Positions 29,518 to 52,303 of a DNA stretch of 64,000 nt are shown here, one piece after another. The notes below the pieces were generated by a model. The model was not told the origin of the DNA. It was given only the letters and a program-made list of their open reading frames with translations, and ran no database searches. Both the position numbers and the translations under genes were made by a program. The stretch covers positions 63,364,001 through 63,428,000 of the forward strand of contig OZ024741.1 of NCBI GenBank assembly GCA_964016885.1, written 5' to 3'. Each line of letters opens with the position of its first letter. Within the stretch, counting starts at the first letter, position 1. The DNA is from Eledone cirrhosa (Eukaryota).

Positions 29518-30640
29518 TAAGAGGAATTCCAACTTTGTCTGATTTACTCGTTTTATTTACAATCCTTTAAAATTTATAATGGTATTATAATGAAATAGTA
29601 TGATAGAATATTAAATTCTAAGTGTTAATTGAACAAGTACTTTCATGCTTTCGCAATCTTCAGGTTCATAATATGTGGTGGCAGTCAAGTTTGCAATTTT
29701 CAACTGTAATGAGATGGGTTAATTTTGTACCTTTATATACAGTGAAAACTGGAAAAATATTCCCAAATGCAAATATAAACTGCAAAAGCAGAAATGTAAT
29801 TTACTGCATTAAATGCCCGAATTGTGAAGAACTATATGTCGGTTAAACTGGAAATGCACTATCGGAACGTGCACGGGTACACCGTCAGCAAATCAGAGAC
29901 CCAAATGTCCATCAGATACCCCTAAGTAACCATCTAGCAACATGTGGTCAGGGAATATTTATAATATTCCCATTCTACAAATTACACAGCCCAAGTGAAA
30001 TCAAGAGAAAAATCCAAGAAAAGAATTTTATTGATAAATTCAAACCCAAGCTAAATGAATAATAATAACGCTTAGGGGTATTACTTCTAATATGACTATG
30101 ACTACGACTACTAACACCAACAACAACAACAACAACAATAATAATAATAATAAAAGTGATGTTGATGGTGATGATTACTAGAAAATGCTATTTTCATCAT
30201 TTCTAAAAATAGCAAAACAATTGATGCTTTGGATATGATTAATTATTGGTCGTTAGACATGCTCAACCAGCCGTGACGCTTAAACCAATCAGCTTTAGTA
30301 ATTCAGTGAAACTACACACTGATTGGTCGAAATACAGTTTGCAAGATTTAACATTCTGGAGCCACTTTTCACTGTATATAAGGTACAAAATTTACCCATC
30401 TCATTACAGTTGAAAATTGCAAACTTGACTGTCACCACATATTATGAACCTGAAGATTGCGAAAGCATGAAAGTACTTGTTCAATTAACACTTAGAATTT
30501 AATATTCTATCATACTATTTCATTATAATACCATTATGAATTTTAAAGGATTGTAAATAAAACGAGTAAATCAGACAAAGTTGGAATTCCTCTTATTAAT
30601 ATAATCTTCTATACACAATCATACACACCCGTGTATATTT
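29514..30640 (+). mobile_element. Neptune-like PLE 3' part with an inverted partial terminal repeat (family C)
   Basis: GIY-YIG NCKSRNVIYCIKCPNCEELYVG*TG..RARVHRQQI..NFIDKFKPKLNE at ~29740-30062; 29514-29750 is inverted relative to 30362-30602. Confidence 0.9.
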
Positions 30641-30645
30641 ATCTA

Positions 30646-30898
<253 letters not shown>

Positions 30899-31233
30899 CA
30901 TATATATTTATATACTATGAATAAAGAGTTCTAAACTCAAACAGTCCTTTACGATGAAATAGCTCAAAGAAAGAAGTATTTCTGAGCCGTGTAATACAAG
31001 TTAATATAAATTAATATACATGATAAACACAAAATACCAACATATAAGTGTTTGTATTGTAAACGACTAAGTTAGCTAGATTGAAAAATACTAATTATAA
31101 TAATACAGGACTGTTTACCTGGGATTTTCATCGAACATTTTTGAATGCATCTTCTCTTTTCATGAAATTTGGATTACATCGTGTTCTTCATACGCATTGG
31201 ACACTACCGTAAATTTTGGTAGATTTATCTAGA

Positions 31234-31755
<522 letters not shown>

Positions 31756-32872
31756 TAAACGGAATAGAAAATTCTGACAAATTGTTCACAGTGAAAAATA
31801 GTTTAATTAGGAATAAGTGAGAATTAGTATTGAGTTTTGGTTTTTACCGGTTGCGCATTTCTAATGCTTTTCAAAAATAATTTTGAGATAGACCGTCCGT
31901 GATGTTTGCTCTGATCTGATTAGTTTGGGGAATTCTACCTGTTTTTATGTTAAAAAAGTGGCTCCAGCGGTATTAAAATAAGTTTTGCGCCAATTCGTGT
32001 TGCAAAAATTCTTGTGGTCAAAACAATTTTGATTGGTCGGTAGAGGTCATGTGAATGTAAAAAATTGATTTTGCGCCAAATGTAGGTTTGTGTCGGCTGA
32101 CTGAGAAATAAGTCTTTCACAACAAATATGTGTGTGTGTGTGTGTGTAGTAGTAGTAAAGAGGTTCGTTGTTGTGATAATGGTCAGCAGGGATGTGTGTG
32201 CGAACCGCAGCCTCTTGACAGTTCAAATGCCTATTAAGACAAGTGTGTGTGTGTGTGTCTGTGTGTGTGTGTAGCCGAGTAATTCGTGGTAGAGGGATGG
32301 TCAGTAGGAATGTGTCTGTAAGTGTGTGGGGGATATTTTAACATGTTAAAAGATATTTTTTCAGCTCTTGTCTTATACGGAGAAGTGTGTGTGTGGGTGG
32401 GTGTGTGTATGTCTCTTTGTATGTTAATGTACGCGTGTGTATGTGTGTGTGTGAGAGAATGTGTGTGTGTGTGTGTGTGTGGGTGGACCAGTATTTATTA
32501 CTGGTAAAATGGTTTACATACGATATTTTCAGTAAAATCTCTCAATAGGACATCAAAAACCTTAATAATAAAAGGTGTGAAATGATATATAGTATTGGCA
32601 TAATACCAAGGTGTGTGTGAGTGTGTCCAGATTGTACGTACTGCAAGGGGGATCCATTAGGCCTTGCCGTATAGGAATACCTGTGCACAAATATGTATCT
32701 GGAGTGTGTCCAGAAATTGTATACCTGTGCACAAATTGTACGCATGTATCTGGAGTGTGTGTATATATATATATTACGGTTCTTATATATCTGATATATA
32801 TTTATCCATATCGAGCCCTCTTTGGGTTTTAGTCTTCAAATTTATTATTATTACTATTATTACTATATATAT

Positions 32873-32907
<35 letters not shown>

Positions 32908-33268
32908 GGGAAAAAAGATGAAATCGAAAATGCAACTGGAGTCTTTTTTTTTAAATATATATATATATATTTGGTTCCTCTACCGGTTTCGCAGTTCTGC
33001 TTTTCAAAAGCTTTTGAAAAGCAGAAAAACTGCGAAACCGATAAAGGAAACAAATAAATATATATATTTAAAAAAAAAGACTCCAGTTGCAATTTCGATT
33101 TCATCTTTTTTCCTCATACTTTCACTCGTGTAGTACACTTCGGTTATTTTTCATTTTGTTAAAAAAAACCTCATTTTCGAATATATATATATAAATATAT
33201 ATATAAATATATATATATATATGTAGGAGGTGAGTTTTATTGTAGTACAATAAAACAATGAACTGGCC

Positions 33269-35432
33269 TATATTACCCTTACCATAAAAACAATGAGAAC
33301 CTAAATTATGTTAATTTTAAATCTAACCACCCTACTAATATTAAGAATGCTATAGTTAGTAATATTGGAAAAATAATATCTAACCTATCTTCTAATAAAA
33401 ACATCTTTGATGCTAACGCCAATTACTATAATAACGCGCTTTCTAAAGCCGGCTATCCTGATAAAATCAAATATAATAAAGAAACAAATTCTAGAAGATC
33501 TTACAGTAGAATAATTAATCATGATCATTCCAATAACTTTAATAAAAGACCTAGATACAAAAACATAATCTGGTATAATGCTCCTTTCTCCATCTCTATT
33601 AATAATAATATTCCTAAATTATTCGTTAGTGCCTTAAATAAATGCTTCCCTCCCTCACATATCTATAGTAAAATATTTAACAAACACACTATAACATTTT
33701 CCTATTCGACATCCTCCAACATTTCCAACATTATCTCTAAACACAACAATAAAATACTAAATACTAAATCTCTTCCTTCCAACACTGAATATCATAATAA
33801 TAGTAATAGTACTCCCGACGTCATTGTAAACTCTAGGCTAATTTCTGCAAACCCAAATACAACGTCAAACACAACTTCGCTAAATGTTCTTAATCCCATT
33901 CTAAATCAAGAAACTATTATTCCTATCGCAAATAACTTCTCCAATCCAATTCCTTGTATAGATAACACTAGGTCACTCGTTAATAATCTCTCTAATCGCA
34001 ATTGCAATTGCCCTGCTAAAAATAAATGTCCTCTCAGCAACCATTGTCTTGATAAAAACTTAATCTACGAATGTAAAGTTATAACTGACACCAATTCCTT
34101 CACCTATTTTGGCTCCACTTCCACCTCCTTTAAAGCTCGTCTTTATAATCATCATTCGTCTTTAAATACCAACTTAAAAGAACCAACACGGCTCTCTCAA
34201 CTCATATGGTCCTTGAAAGACAAAAATATTAAATATAACATCTCTTGGAAAAAGGTTTCTTCTGATGCTCCATACTTGAACAGTTCTCTATCCAAGACTT
34301 GCAATCTCTGTCTAAATGAAAAATTTACCATTATCTCTAATTTAGATTATATAATAAATAGACGCACTGACTTGTTTTCTCTCTGCTTGCATAAATTCCA
34401 CAGAACATTCCATAAAGTATACAGCTAATATCCAAAACTTTATCAATTTAGAATCCTTTTCTCAAAGGCACATATATATATATATATACTTCTTTAAAAA
34501 TATACCCATCTTTCTACCTTATTTCAAAGTTTATTATACATTATATAATACTTGTTACTCATTCTATATCACTCCTATTTATCACTTCCCTTTCTTCCTT
34601 TTCGTTTTCTTTTCTTTTTCTTTTAATTTCTAACCCCTAATCTGTACCTTTTCTCACTGTGCCTAACATAGAAACAATTATTACACAATACAATATATTC
34701 TTACTTCATATCACTTTGAAAAAATCCTTCGTAAACATAAACTTTTTTTGACGTTAGATTATTCATCCTCAATTCATTATTTTTTTCTCACTTTCATGTT
34801 TCATCCTATCTTCTACTTTTTTTTACAATATATCCTTACTTACATTACCTTTGCTATTTTTAATAATACATATCAACATTTTCTTTCCATCGCACATATT
34901 ATTAAACCCTTAAATATTATTCTTAATACATATTAACAATTTCTTTTCATCGCACATATTATTAAACCCTTCAATATACAAACCTTAACTTTACATTATT
35001 TTTCTCTTCGCTAATTTTCAAATTCTTTTAATTTATACATTATCTTTCAACGGTTTTTCAACCTCTCTATGTAAAACAATATATTTCTCTCAGTTATAAA
35101 AGCTATCTCTCTCTCTATCACCCATCTCTCCTCCTATCTCATCCTTCCTCATTATACTCCTCCCCCTCCACTTTTTACTCTCATCTCCTCCTCTTTTTCA
35201 TCCTTTCCAACCTGCCCCCACCTTAAAAAAAATTTTTCCCCAATATCACAGATCAATCTAAAACTACTTTTCATATGTTGATTTAAAACTGCACTATCCA
35301 CAAGTGTTTTTTAACCTTCATATCATGTCTTCCTATTTTATCCGATGAAAACACAAATGTTATTGCATGATGATATTTGTTTTTGAAATGCGCATAATAG
35401 AATACATGGAACTCTTTTAACCATCTTTTGAT

Positions 35433-35437
<5 letters not shown>
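33269..35437 (+). mobile_element. 5'-truncated Naiad-like PLE (thumb-linker-GIY-YIG to 34428, long 3' UTR)
   Basis: Manual translation gives YYPYHK..LNYVNFKSNHP, IWYNAPFS, CNCPAKNKCPL..LIYECKV..YFGSTSTSFKARLYNH and CNLCLNEK. Confidence 0.88.
35325..35408 (+). ncRNA. HHR-like motif with CCGAUGA core at the PLE 3' end
   Basis: CCGATGA, long imperfect stem II, GAAA tgcgca ta atag; palindromic stem III ATGCGCAT. Confidence 0.6.
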
Positions 35438-39977
<4,540 letters not shown>

Positions 39978-39979
39978 AT

Positions 39980-40015
<36 letters not shown>

Positions 40016-40064
40016 ACATATATATATATACAACACACATATATAAATATATATATATATATAT

Positions 40065-42465
<2,401 letters not shown>

Positions 42466-43156
42466 TATATATATATTTATAATATACATATTTCTTTATA
42501 TATATGTATGTATGCTCGTATGTTTTACTCTTAAAAGTTTCTGTGGATATCTGCGCGTACGCTAACGTCTTATGTTTACATATTGGAAATCTATGTACAT
42601 AACTAAAACAAACACCCAAACGCAAACAGACAACATACTTCCACTCCAAATACTAAAGGGAAACATCAATCACAAAAATATAATTCACTTTATAAAAGCT
42701 ATCTATCCAAATCAAGGTTAATTGTAACAAGGACTTAATAAATAATATTCACTTAAAATATCCATCAATTTAGAGTCTAGTACATTTTTTCCTTTTTTTC
42801 AATTGTATTAATGCAAATATTCATGTTTGGGTATAAGTTATGTATTTTCTGAAGTTCAATAATTCCTTTCACATAAATATGATATATTGTATATATATAT
42901 ATATAATATATCATATATATACAAGTTTGTGTGCGTGTGTGTGTGTGTGTATTTTTACATATATAGGTACATTTATATATATATATGTATATATATAACA
43001 TGTATATACCTATATAAGCATGTATATGTACATACATGTATATAAATATATATAAATTAGGTAGTAACATGTGCTTATGCCGTATTTGCCTACATAGAAT
43101 TTGTCTGTTAGTTGGGATTCTAAAAGACCCTCTGAATGGAAAAAAAGGATGCGTAT

Positions 43157-43227
43157 TGACGTACATAGGACAGGAACCCACATCTTTGGTTTGCCGGACC
43201 AATGTGTTACCATTGCACCAACACGCC
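43157..43227 (-). pseudogene. tRNA-like sequence (pseudo-tRNA or SINE head)
   Basis: ggcgtgt-TGGTGCAATGG..ttggt-ccggcaa-accaa..GGTTCCTGTCC..gtacgtca; cloverleaf-like, with a degenerate T-loop. Confidence 0.55.
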
Positions 43228-43294
43228 ACCCATGCTCCTTCCAATTAGAAGCTATATAACCATAACAGGTATATATATATATATGTATATAAAT

Positions 43295-43476
<182 letters not shown>

Positions 43477-43773
43477 TTCGTATATCTAATGACACGGTAT
43501 GTTTACGAATACACATTAAGAAAGATTTCTAGTTATGAACATTAAAAAGCTGACTACTAGCGCCGTCTAGCGGATTCCAGCAGAAGTAACGGGGGACAAC
43601 TGCCAGTGCATTTCTAGCTTATTTTTGCCTCAGTGAAACTAGGTGGATATGTAGCCTAAACAACGCGTCGCCGGTTACTTCCTCCTTGTTTTGGCTGAAA
43701 CTAGGATGTGTGACGGTAGTCACAACCTTAAAAATTCATAGCCAAAGGCTGTCGAATGTTTTTCATAATCACG

Positions 43774-43812
<39 letters not shown>

Positions 43813-43814
<2 letters not shown>

Positions 43815-44163
43815 AGCAGGAGTTGCCTCCCTTGTTGTGACACTCACATCCCCAATAGATTAACGCTCTCTAGACAGGAAGTAGAACCCTTTCTGTAACT
43901 TCCGTTCAGAACCCTATAAAACTAATAACGTTAAGCTCCCTATCTCTCATTTGCCTTTCCGGCTCCTGGCCTTCGCCAGGCGTCTTCGCCCGGGCGCGTT
44001 CGCCTGGCAACCAAAACGGTAACTAATAACTTTGCTTCATTCTTTCATCTATTCAGTAACATTTTAACTATACTGTTCTATATATCCACAAATTGTCGAT
44101 TAAATATTATACACACAAACAACGTCTCCTTGTTATACTCATACACACCAGTATTTTGTTATA
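43813..44163 (+). mobile_element. Possible solo LTR
   Basis: Starts TGTAG and ends GTTATA, with an internal CTATAAAA and a downstream ATTAAA; no internal domain present. Confidence 0.35.
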
Positions 44164-44494
44164 TATATATGAATGAAATTTTTAGTAGATGTGCTTGTGT
44201 GCGTCTGTTAACCTCGATATGAACGAGTGCTTATGTCCAAGCATTTTGCATGCAGTCCCCTTTCAAACTCAAGTGGGTGTGATACAATTATCAATTATTC
44301 CCAAATCCTTTTCGGTTTCGTCAGATGGAAACTGATTTTCATCATTGCATTCCCTGAATATTTGCGGAGGACTTGATTATATAATATAACTCGGCAAATA
44401 TAATGAAGTGCGAGGAGTCAATACACAGAAAATAAAATGTACATTACTACACTTCTCATGGATTGAATTCTCTCCGCAACTAGTCTATTCTCTC

Positions 44495-44562
<68 letters not shown>

Positions 44563-44594
44563 CACACAATATATATATACATACAAGTTTTACC

Positions 44595-44729
<135 letters not shown>

Positions 44730-45095
44730 TGTGTGTGTGTGAAAGAGGTTTGTGTACGTATATACATATTATGTGAAGTTGTGTGTATAGATATTTCTAT
44801 GTGGAACTGTGCGTACTTAACTAAACTTTTTAAATATATATCATTTTCGTTCTTCAACTTCAAATGTCCACCATACACCTGCCGTTGTACTATCTTCTAC
44901 TCTAACAGTAAATGGTCGTCTTCTAGACACTACTTAGTTTTACTACTATTTCTTTCTCTTGCCACTCTGTTCCTTTTTAATGTCCATTGTACTTTGTTGA
45001 ATAGAAAACTATAACATTCTTAGCTGAACGTTTCTCCCCCAGACAGCAAAAAAGTTCGAAACCCCTAATTATTTAGATTAATAAACAAACATCAT

Positions 45096-46733
45096 GGACA
45101 TGTTTTCCGTGGGATTCAGAATCCATTGAAAGTCACTAAAATATATATGTTAATTACTTTAGATTTTGAGTTCAAATCCTGCACCCGGTCTATTTTCCCT
45201 TTATCCTGCTAATTCGATTAAATATGTATGCGGCTTTGTATAATAATTAGTAAATCATAAATAATGTGGTTTGGTCGAATTCTGGGTGGTGTATGACAGA
45301 AAACATCGGATTGTCACATCCAGAGTACCCGGAGATAAACAACCACACAAAGTAGGGAAGCTAAAGAATTAAAAAGATGATGACTAACTTTTCGAAATGT
45401 CCAGATTTCTTGTGAACGCGAACGTTTAGCAGTGGCTAAAGCATTTATTAGTAAGTTAGTGCATTACATCCTAATGCAAACTGGCACTGTGAATAAGTAG
45501 AGATGTGTAATGTACTCGTAATTACTGGAGATATTGAATATTGAACAATGAAAGTAAAGTGAATTAGACGGATCGGTAAACTTTACATCCCAAACTTGGC
45601 GTTATATCTCAGCTGCGCCGCACGGACAATCTGACAAAACCTATTGCTACAGAATACAGCCAGTATCACCTGCTGAATCCGCCATTCCAAGTCATGTGGA
45701 TCTTTCCTGTGGCGGCATGCAAACCTCTTAGTTATTTATTTATTTAAATTTCTTTTCATTGTAAACATTATATAATTTAACTAAAATAACCAGAATGAGC
45801 ACTTGAAAATTAACAACGGCTTTCACTCGCCTGCAGTGTCACGTGGAAATTGTTTCAGAATGTTAACTATTGGTTGAAAGCGAACAGTGTCATTCAATTT
45901 TGTTAATTTCCAAATATCCTATTCTCTGGATCGTTTGCTAAATGATGCAGAGGTATACACTAGAGCTATGGCACATAGAAATATTCGTTAATGGTCAGAT
46001 GATGTTATACAAAATCATCTCTAAACAAAGGTATAGATTGATGATTGGGAACATAGCATCTACAGCGATGCCAGGTGTCAAGAGTATTCTACCAGTTGCG
46101 CAATGTGACGGGTTGCATTCTATAAAGATTTAATTGAGTATGACAAAGTTCTAAGGAATTTTTTAATTATCGTCGATGATTAAATGAGGTTTGGGATGTA
46201 AAGATTACCGATCCGTCTCACTTCACTTTACTTTCATTGTTCAATATTCAATTTCACCAGTAATTACGAGTACGTTACAAATCTCTACTTATTCACGGTA
46301 CCAGTTTGCATTAGGATGTAATGCACTAACTTGCTAATAAATGCTTTAGCCACTTCTAAACGTTCGCGTTCACAAGAAATCTGGACATTTCGAAAAGTTA
46401 GTCATCATCATTTTAATTATTTAGCTTCGCTACTTTGTGTGGTTGTTTATCTCCGGGTACTCTGGATGTGACAATCCGATGTTTTCTATCATACACCACC
46501 CAGAATTCGACCAAACCACATTATTTATAATTTACTAATTTGTCATTGCACTGTGGCAATGCTGAAGGAAAGCTTTATACATATTATACGAAGCCGCATA
46601 CATATTTAATCAAATTCAGCAGGATGAAGGGTAAATAGAACGGGTGCTGGATTTGAACTCAAAACCTAAAGTAATTAACATATATATTTTAGTGACTTTC
46701 AATAAATTCTGAAGCCCAAGAAAAGCATGACCA
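45096..46733. repeat. Diverged ~500-bp inverted repeat around a ~600-bp spacer (foldback/MITE-like)
   Basis: 45096-45595 is an imperfect reverse complement of 46189-46733. Confidence 0.8.
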
Positions 46734-46978
46734 TAAATATTATTGGCAGACCTTGTTGTGTTTGTTGTTGTTTTATCGTTATTAGCATCACCTTCATTAT
46801 CATTTTTCAAATCGATAAACTTATCGAAATCAGTTCACGCATGAACAGTGAACTTAATTGGCAAAAATAAAACTCAATCGATGAAAATAGAACTAAAATG
46901 AAACGATAAGAACACGGAAATTATAACTGAAGAAAATTAATAAAAAAGACATACCTACATACATACGTACATATGTAT

Positions 46979-47055
<77 letters not shown>

Positions 47056-47063
<8 letters not shown>

Positions 47064-48440
47064 AAGAATCAAAGAACTGTTCAAAACATTATTGTGCTTA
47101 CAGCTGTTTCCTCCAAACCGAGGTTTGGATTCTTCGGAGCAATTTATTAATGCATGGACAGTTATATGACCTCCTTTTCAGCCGAGAGACATACCAATAC
47201 ATATTCAAACATTGATACATATTCAAACATTGTGGGTCAACATTCATTACAGAATTTAGAGTGGCAGTACACACTTCGAGATTACATTTATATTAATAGG
47301 TACAATCAAAAATCAAAAATATAGGTTAAAATACAACATGAAGATAAGCGGTTATATAGTGCAAATGTTATATGTGTGGCACGCATGTGCGTCTTGTTTA
47401 TATAGTGTGGCAGAGAGATATGTGTGGTAGAGGCCCTTAGGTAGGTAAATAAGAGTGTTAGGTTGGTAGATCCGGTGGCAAATTCTTTATATGATTGATA
47501 TAGTCTGTGTGTGGAGAAATATTATAAGCATTAAAGAAAGTGCAAGCATTAAAAGTGTTATAAGTAATGGAGATGCACAGCGCAGGGATGTCAAGTATTT
47601 CATGTACTTCGGCATTTTCATGGTCAGGGGAGTGAATTTAGGGTCTATATTGGGACACATTTTAATGGCTAGATATAGAAACCCCAGAGTTACCTCCCCG
47701 CATGCATTAACTCCCCTTAGCCACACACACACTTCCGGGCGGTATTCAATGGCGTTTCTAGAAACGTAACAACCTCCTGTATCGAACTAAAGAACACCAG
47801 ACTACGATCTCTAACTGGATTGTCGTGGATTATGTGAAGGGCATATAATCGAAAAATACACTCCCCTGACCATGAAAATGCCGAAGTACATGAAATACTT
47901 GACATCCCTGCGCTGTGCATCTCCATTACTTATAACACTTTTAATGCTTGCACTTTCTTTAATGCTTATAATATTTCTCCACACACAGACTATATCAATC
48001 ATATAAAGAATTTGCCACCGGATCTACCAACCTAACACTCTTATTTACCTACCTAAGGGCCTCTACCACACATATCTCTCTGCCACACTATATAAACAAG
48101 ACGCACATGCGTGCCACACATATAACATTTGCACTATATAACCGCTTATCTTCATGTTGTATTTTAACCTATATTTTTGATTTTTGATTGTACCTATTAA
48201 TATAAATGTAATCTCGAAGTGTGTACTGCCACTCTAAATTCTGTAATGAATGTTGACCCACAATGTTTGAATATGTATCAATGTTTGAATATGTATTGGT
48301 ATGTCTCTCGGCTGAAAAGGAGGTCATATAACTGTCCATGCATTAATAAATTGCTCCGAAGAATCCAAACCTCGGTTTGGAGGAAACAGCTGTAAGCACA
48401 ATAATGTTTTGAACAGTTCTTTGATTCTTATATTTCATAT
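47056..48440. mobile_element. Palindromic PLE-type insertion (family E) with essentially identical ~575-bp arms
   Basis: 47056-47633 is the reverse complement of 47859-48439; an HHR lies near each outer end. Confidence 0.85.
48352..48398 (+). ncRNA. Minimal hammerhead with CCGAAGA core (family E); mirror copy 47095-47141(-)
   Basis: tgct CCGAAGA a-tccaaac-ctcg-gtttgga-g GAAA cagctg ta agca; palindromic stem III ACAGCTGT. Confidence 0.75.
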
Positions 48441-48599
48441 AACTGCTCTGTAAATCATCTGATGTTTTTACATTGAGCTACTTAACTTACTGGTAATAAG
48501 GTAGTAATACAATACTGCCTACCACTATTTAGGGTGTGTGTAAAATACTTACAACTGCTTAAGGTTTTGTATTTACATAACCATAAATAGTATAACTAA

Positions 48600-48654
<55 letters not shown>

Positions 48655-49468
48655 CATATATAATATATATATAATATATACGTACTTACATATATATATA
48701 CATACATATAATATATACATACATATAATATATACATACATATAATATGTATATACATACGTACATATACAACACTTAGTGAATACTTACGCTGAATTTA
48801 CCCAGACAATTACACAGTCATGCACTATCATCGTGTAATTGTGTTACAGTCAGATTACTAATGTGCTGATATGGATAAACTTATCTTCATATTTCTATAT
48901 CTATCTATATAAGAGTTTTAAAAGTGTGTTTGGAAACCAGATCAGTTTTCAAAGAAATCGAGGTAAAATTCGGAAAAAAGGTCGAGTTCTATCTAAAAAT
49001 AATCCATGAAACGGATTTTCGAATCCTATATCTCCAGCTCAAAAAAACAGAATCAATGCCCTATTAGGGTGAGACTGTTGGAGAGAATAAAGAGAGTTTG
49101 GGAAGGAAGCAAAGCAAATGTCATATTCAGCTCTGCATTCGGCATGCTTTATTTCTCTCTCTTCAACTCAATTTCTATATCAATGTCTCAATCGTTTTCT
49201 TCTACCCCTCACTTTCTCTCTCTTTTGCTTTTCACACAAACGCCAATAAGTATATATATTTATTGTTATTGAATATTTGCATTGTGTATGAATGAAAAGA
49301 ATATCAACAATATTAGTAATTTAAGAGAAATACGCTTAATGATGTTGTGGGTGAGTGCGAATATTTGATACTATGTGTACTACATAGGGTACTTAGCCTT
49401 AAAGAAGGAAAGAGATTTTACTCTATTTTATAAGCTATTTTCTGCACGTAAATATACTACATCATCTC

Positions 49469-49685
<217 letters not shown>

Positions 49686-49894
49686 AACAAGTAAGACCCC
49701 GACGGCTGAGCTCAAGCCGTTTCGACGGCTAATTCTGTACAGAATTAGCAGTCGAAACGGCTTGAGCTCAGCCGTCGGGGTCTTACTTGTTCCTATTACC
49801 CACTCTACTACCCTAAGTATTGAGTACTTTGGTGCGTTATGGTCCACCTGGTTCCTTACCACATTTCCTTCGTTATATATATATATATATATAA

Positions 49895-50475
49895 ACGGAG
49901 AAAATGAAACGAAATTTCATTTCTCACACGTAGTACGGCAGTTACTTAAATATAAGTATGTATACGTACATACATATATGTATACAGACATACAGTAGTA
50001 TGTATATATATATACATACATGCACACACATATATATATATGTACGTTTTGATTCACCGAACATTTATTATAATGCTCGGTGTGTTTGTAAACAAACATC
50101 CCGAATTAAGCCGTACAGTGTCTAGCAACCATCGTTGCTCATTTGTTCAACACTGACAAAGTTGTTTCAAGCTTATTAGCTATCGTCAGCAACGTATACC
50201 TTGCTGCCAAATGGTTGAACGTCTGAAAGTATATACTTTCGTTATACATATTAACGGCTGAGCAGCCTAATTTGCATATCGAGTGAGTTAATCGGCCGGG
50301 GTACCGAAAACGATAAACGGAATAAATGAAACGAAATTTCATTTCTCACTCTTAGTACGGCTGTTACTTAAATATAAGTATGTATACGTACATACATACA
50401 TATATGTATACAGACGTACAGTAGTATGTATATTTATATACATACATGCACACAAATATATATGTACGTATGGAT
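49895..50475. repeat. Rearranged copy of the family G repeat (see 60880-61800)
   Basis: Shared gaaatttcatttctcac..agtacgg sequence; partial HHR at 50164-50195(-). Confidence 0.7.
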
Positions 50476-50489
50476 TCACCAAAGTATAC

Positions 50490-52303
50490 TATTCTGGTTA
50501 AGTTTTAAGTTTCTATTATTAATTCTATTAATATTCTGCGCTAAGTTCATAGTGGTAGAGTATGATAATTTAATAGTATGTCTATTAAAGACTGAGTAAT
50601 ACCTGTGCGTCTTAGGAAAACAATTATCTAAAGCTTTAAAAAATAGTTTAGCTATTGGAGTTTTAATACTTAATGAGAAAGGGGGAGCGAACCATAATAT
50701 ATTTCTAGTTCTAATTCTTCTTTTGATTTTCGAGTTATTGCAAGGTTCCCTATTATAATTATAATTATAGTTATCGTTAATTGGCACATCGATATATCAA
50801 TATATTTAATTTCATTATCTTCAAATATAATTTTATTCGCTGAGATTCTAGAAATACGTTGCTGCACAGAATTTACAATATTGTTTTTAATGGATCTCGG
50901 GTGATTGGAATTAAAGTTAACATAGTTTAAATACTCATTGATTTTATGAAAAGGATAATAAGAACCAGTATTAAGGTTTAAAGTTACATCTAAAAAGTTA
51001 ACTCTTTTATAATTATTCTCTACTTCTACTTTAAGATTAATGTTATTAAAGAATTGTATAATTACTTTTCTTTTCCTGTTGATTTCACAGGAATATCCAA
51101 TATAATGATACAGCTCCGATAAATGTAATTGTAGAAATAAATCTAACTGTCCTCTAAATAATAACTGTTTAGTTAAAAATATAGTATACAATTGTAATGT
51201 CAAAACCAAAGATAATTCCTTCAACTATGTCGGCTCTACTTCGACAGACTTCAAATCTCGTTTCAATAACCATAAATGTTCCTTTACGAATATTACCAAG
51301 AAATCTTCAACTTATTATGGAATTTAAAATCGAAGAATATAAACTACTCTTTATCTTGGAAAATTGTCTCCAAAGCACCATGCTACACAGCTTTATCCAA
51401 ATTTTGTAGTCTTTGCGTAGAGGAAATATTCTTTATACTAAAATCTAAGAACTCTGTAAATTTGCGGAATAATTTATTTAGTTCTTGTAAACATCGGTTA
51501 ATCTCAACTTTTATATATATATATATATAAAATGTAATATAATGTTCATTCTTCCTTACATAACGTTTTTCTCCATCCAAAAACCTATAATCTCTTCCCT
51601 CAGATTATATAGATTCTAATCTTCCTAAATATATAAAGTACACTAATTAATTTTAATTTTAATTTACTCGTTAAAAACTTTACTTTCTAATACTTATATT
51701 ATCGCACTCTCCAGAAATTCTTTTATGAGAATATTTTGGAAAATTATAAAAATTTCCTTCGAAACACCTCCTGGAAATTTTTGTAAAATTTATGACTAAA
51801 TTTGTGAAGAGTTCTTTTGAAAGATATGAATTTCCATTACCATTACATATTCTAAACATACATATGTATTTTCTTATATATCCAACTATTTTTAATACTT
51901 ATGTATTTTCATATATATCCAATCATTTATATTATTTTTATATATATGTGCAATAATTATGTCTTATATTTTAATCATATCTTAATTATATTTTAAGATG
52001 AATTTTTATAACTTCTTATAACTTTCGTAGTGATTTTTATCTATCCTTGAATCATTTGGGGTTTTTTTTAAATCCCTTTTAACTTCCTTTATACTTCCTT
52101 ATTGTTTTTATTATATCAATCTTTATAGTCTTAATTTATAGTCGAAACTGTAAACTGTTTTAATATATACTCCTAATTAAATAATTTTTCCTTTCTAAAC
52201 GCTCGTAAATCTTCATAAATATTTGATGCTTAAGATTTGACTTACAACTATTAATAAATTCTGGCTAAATATAATTTTGCCAAATTTACTTGTAATAAAA
52301 TTT
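50490..52303. mobile_element. Naiad-like PLE with 5' inversion (thumb/linker on -, GIY-YIG + UTR on +)
   Basis: VNFLDVTLNL..YYPFHK..NSNHP and WFAPPFS on - (50490-51085); CNCRNKSNCPL..YVGSTS on + from ~51115. Confidence 0.85.
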
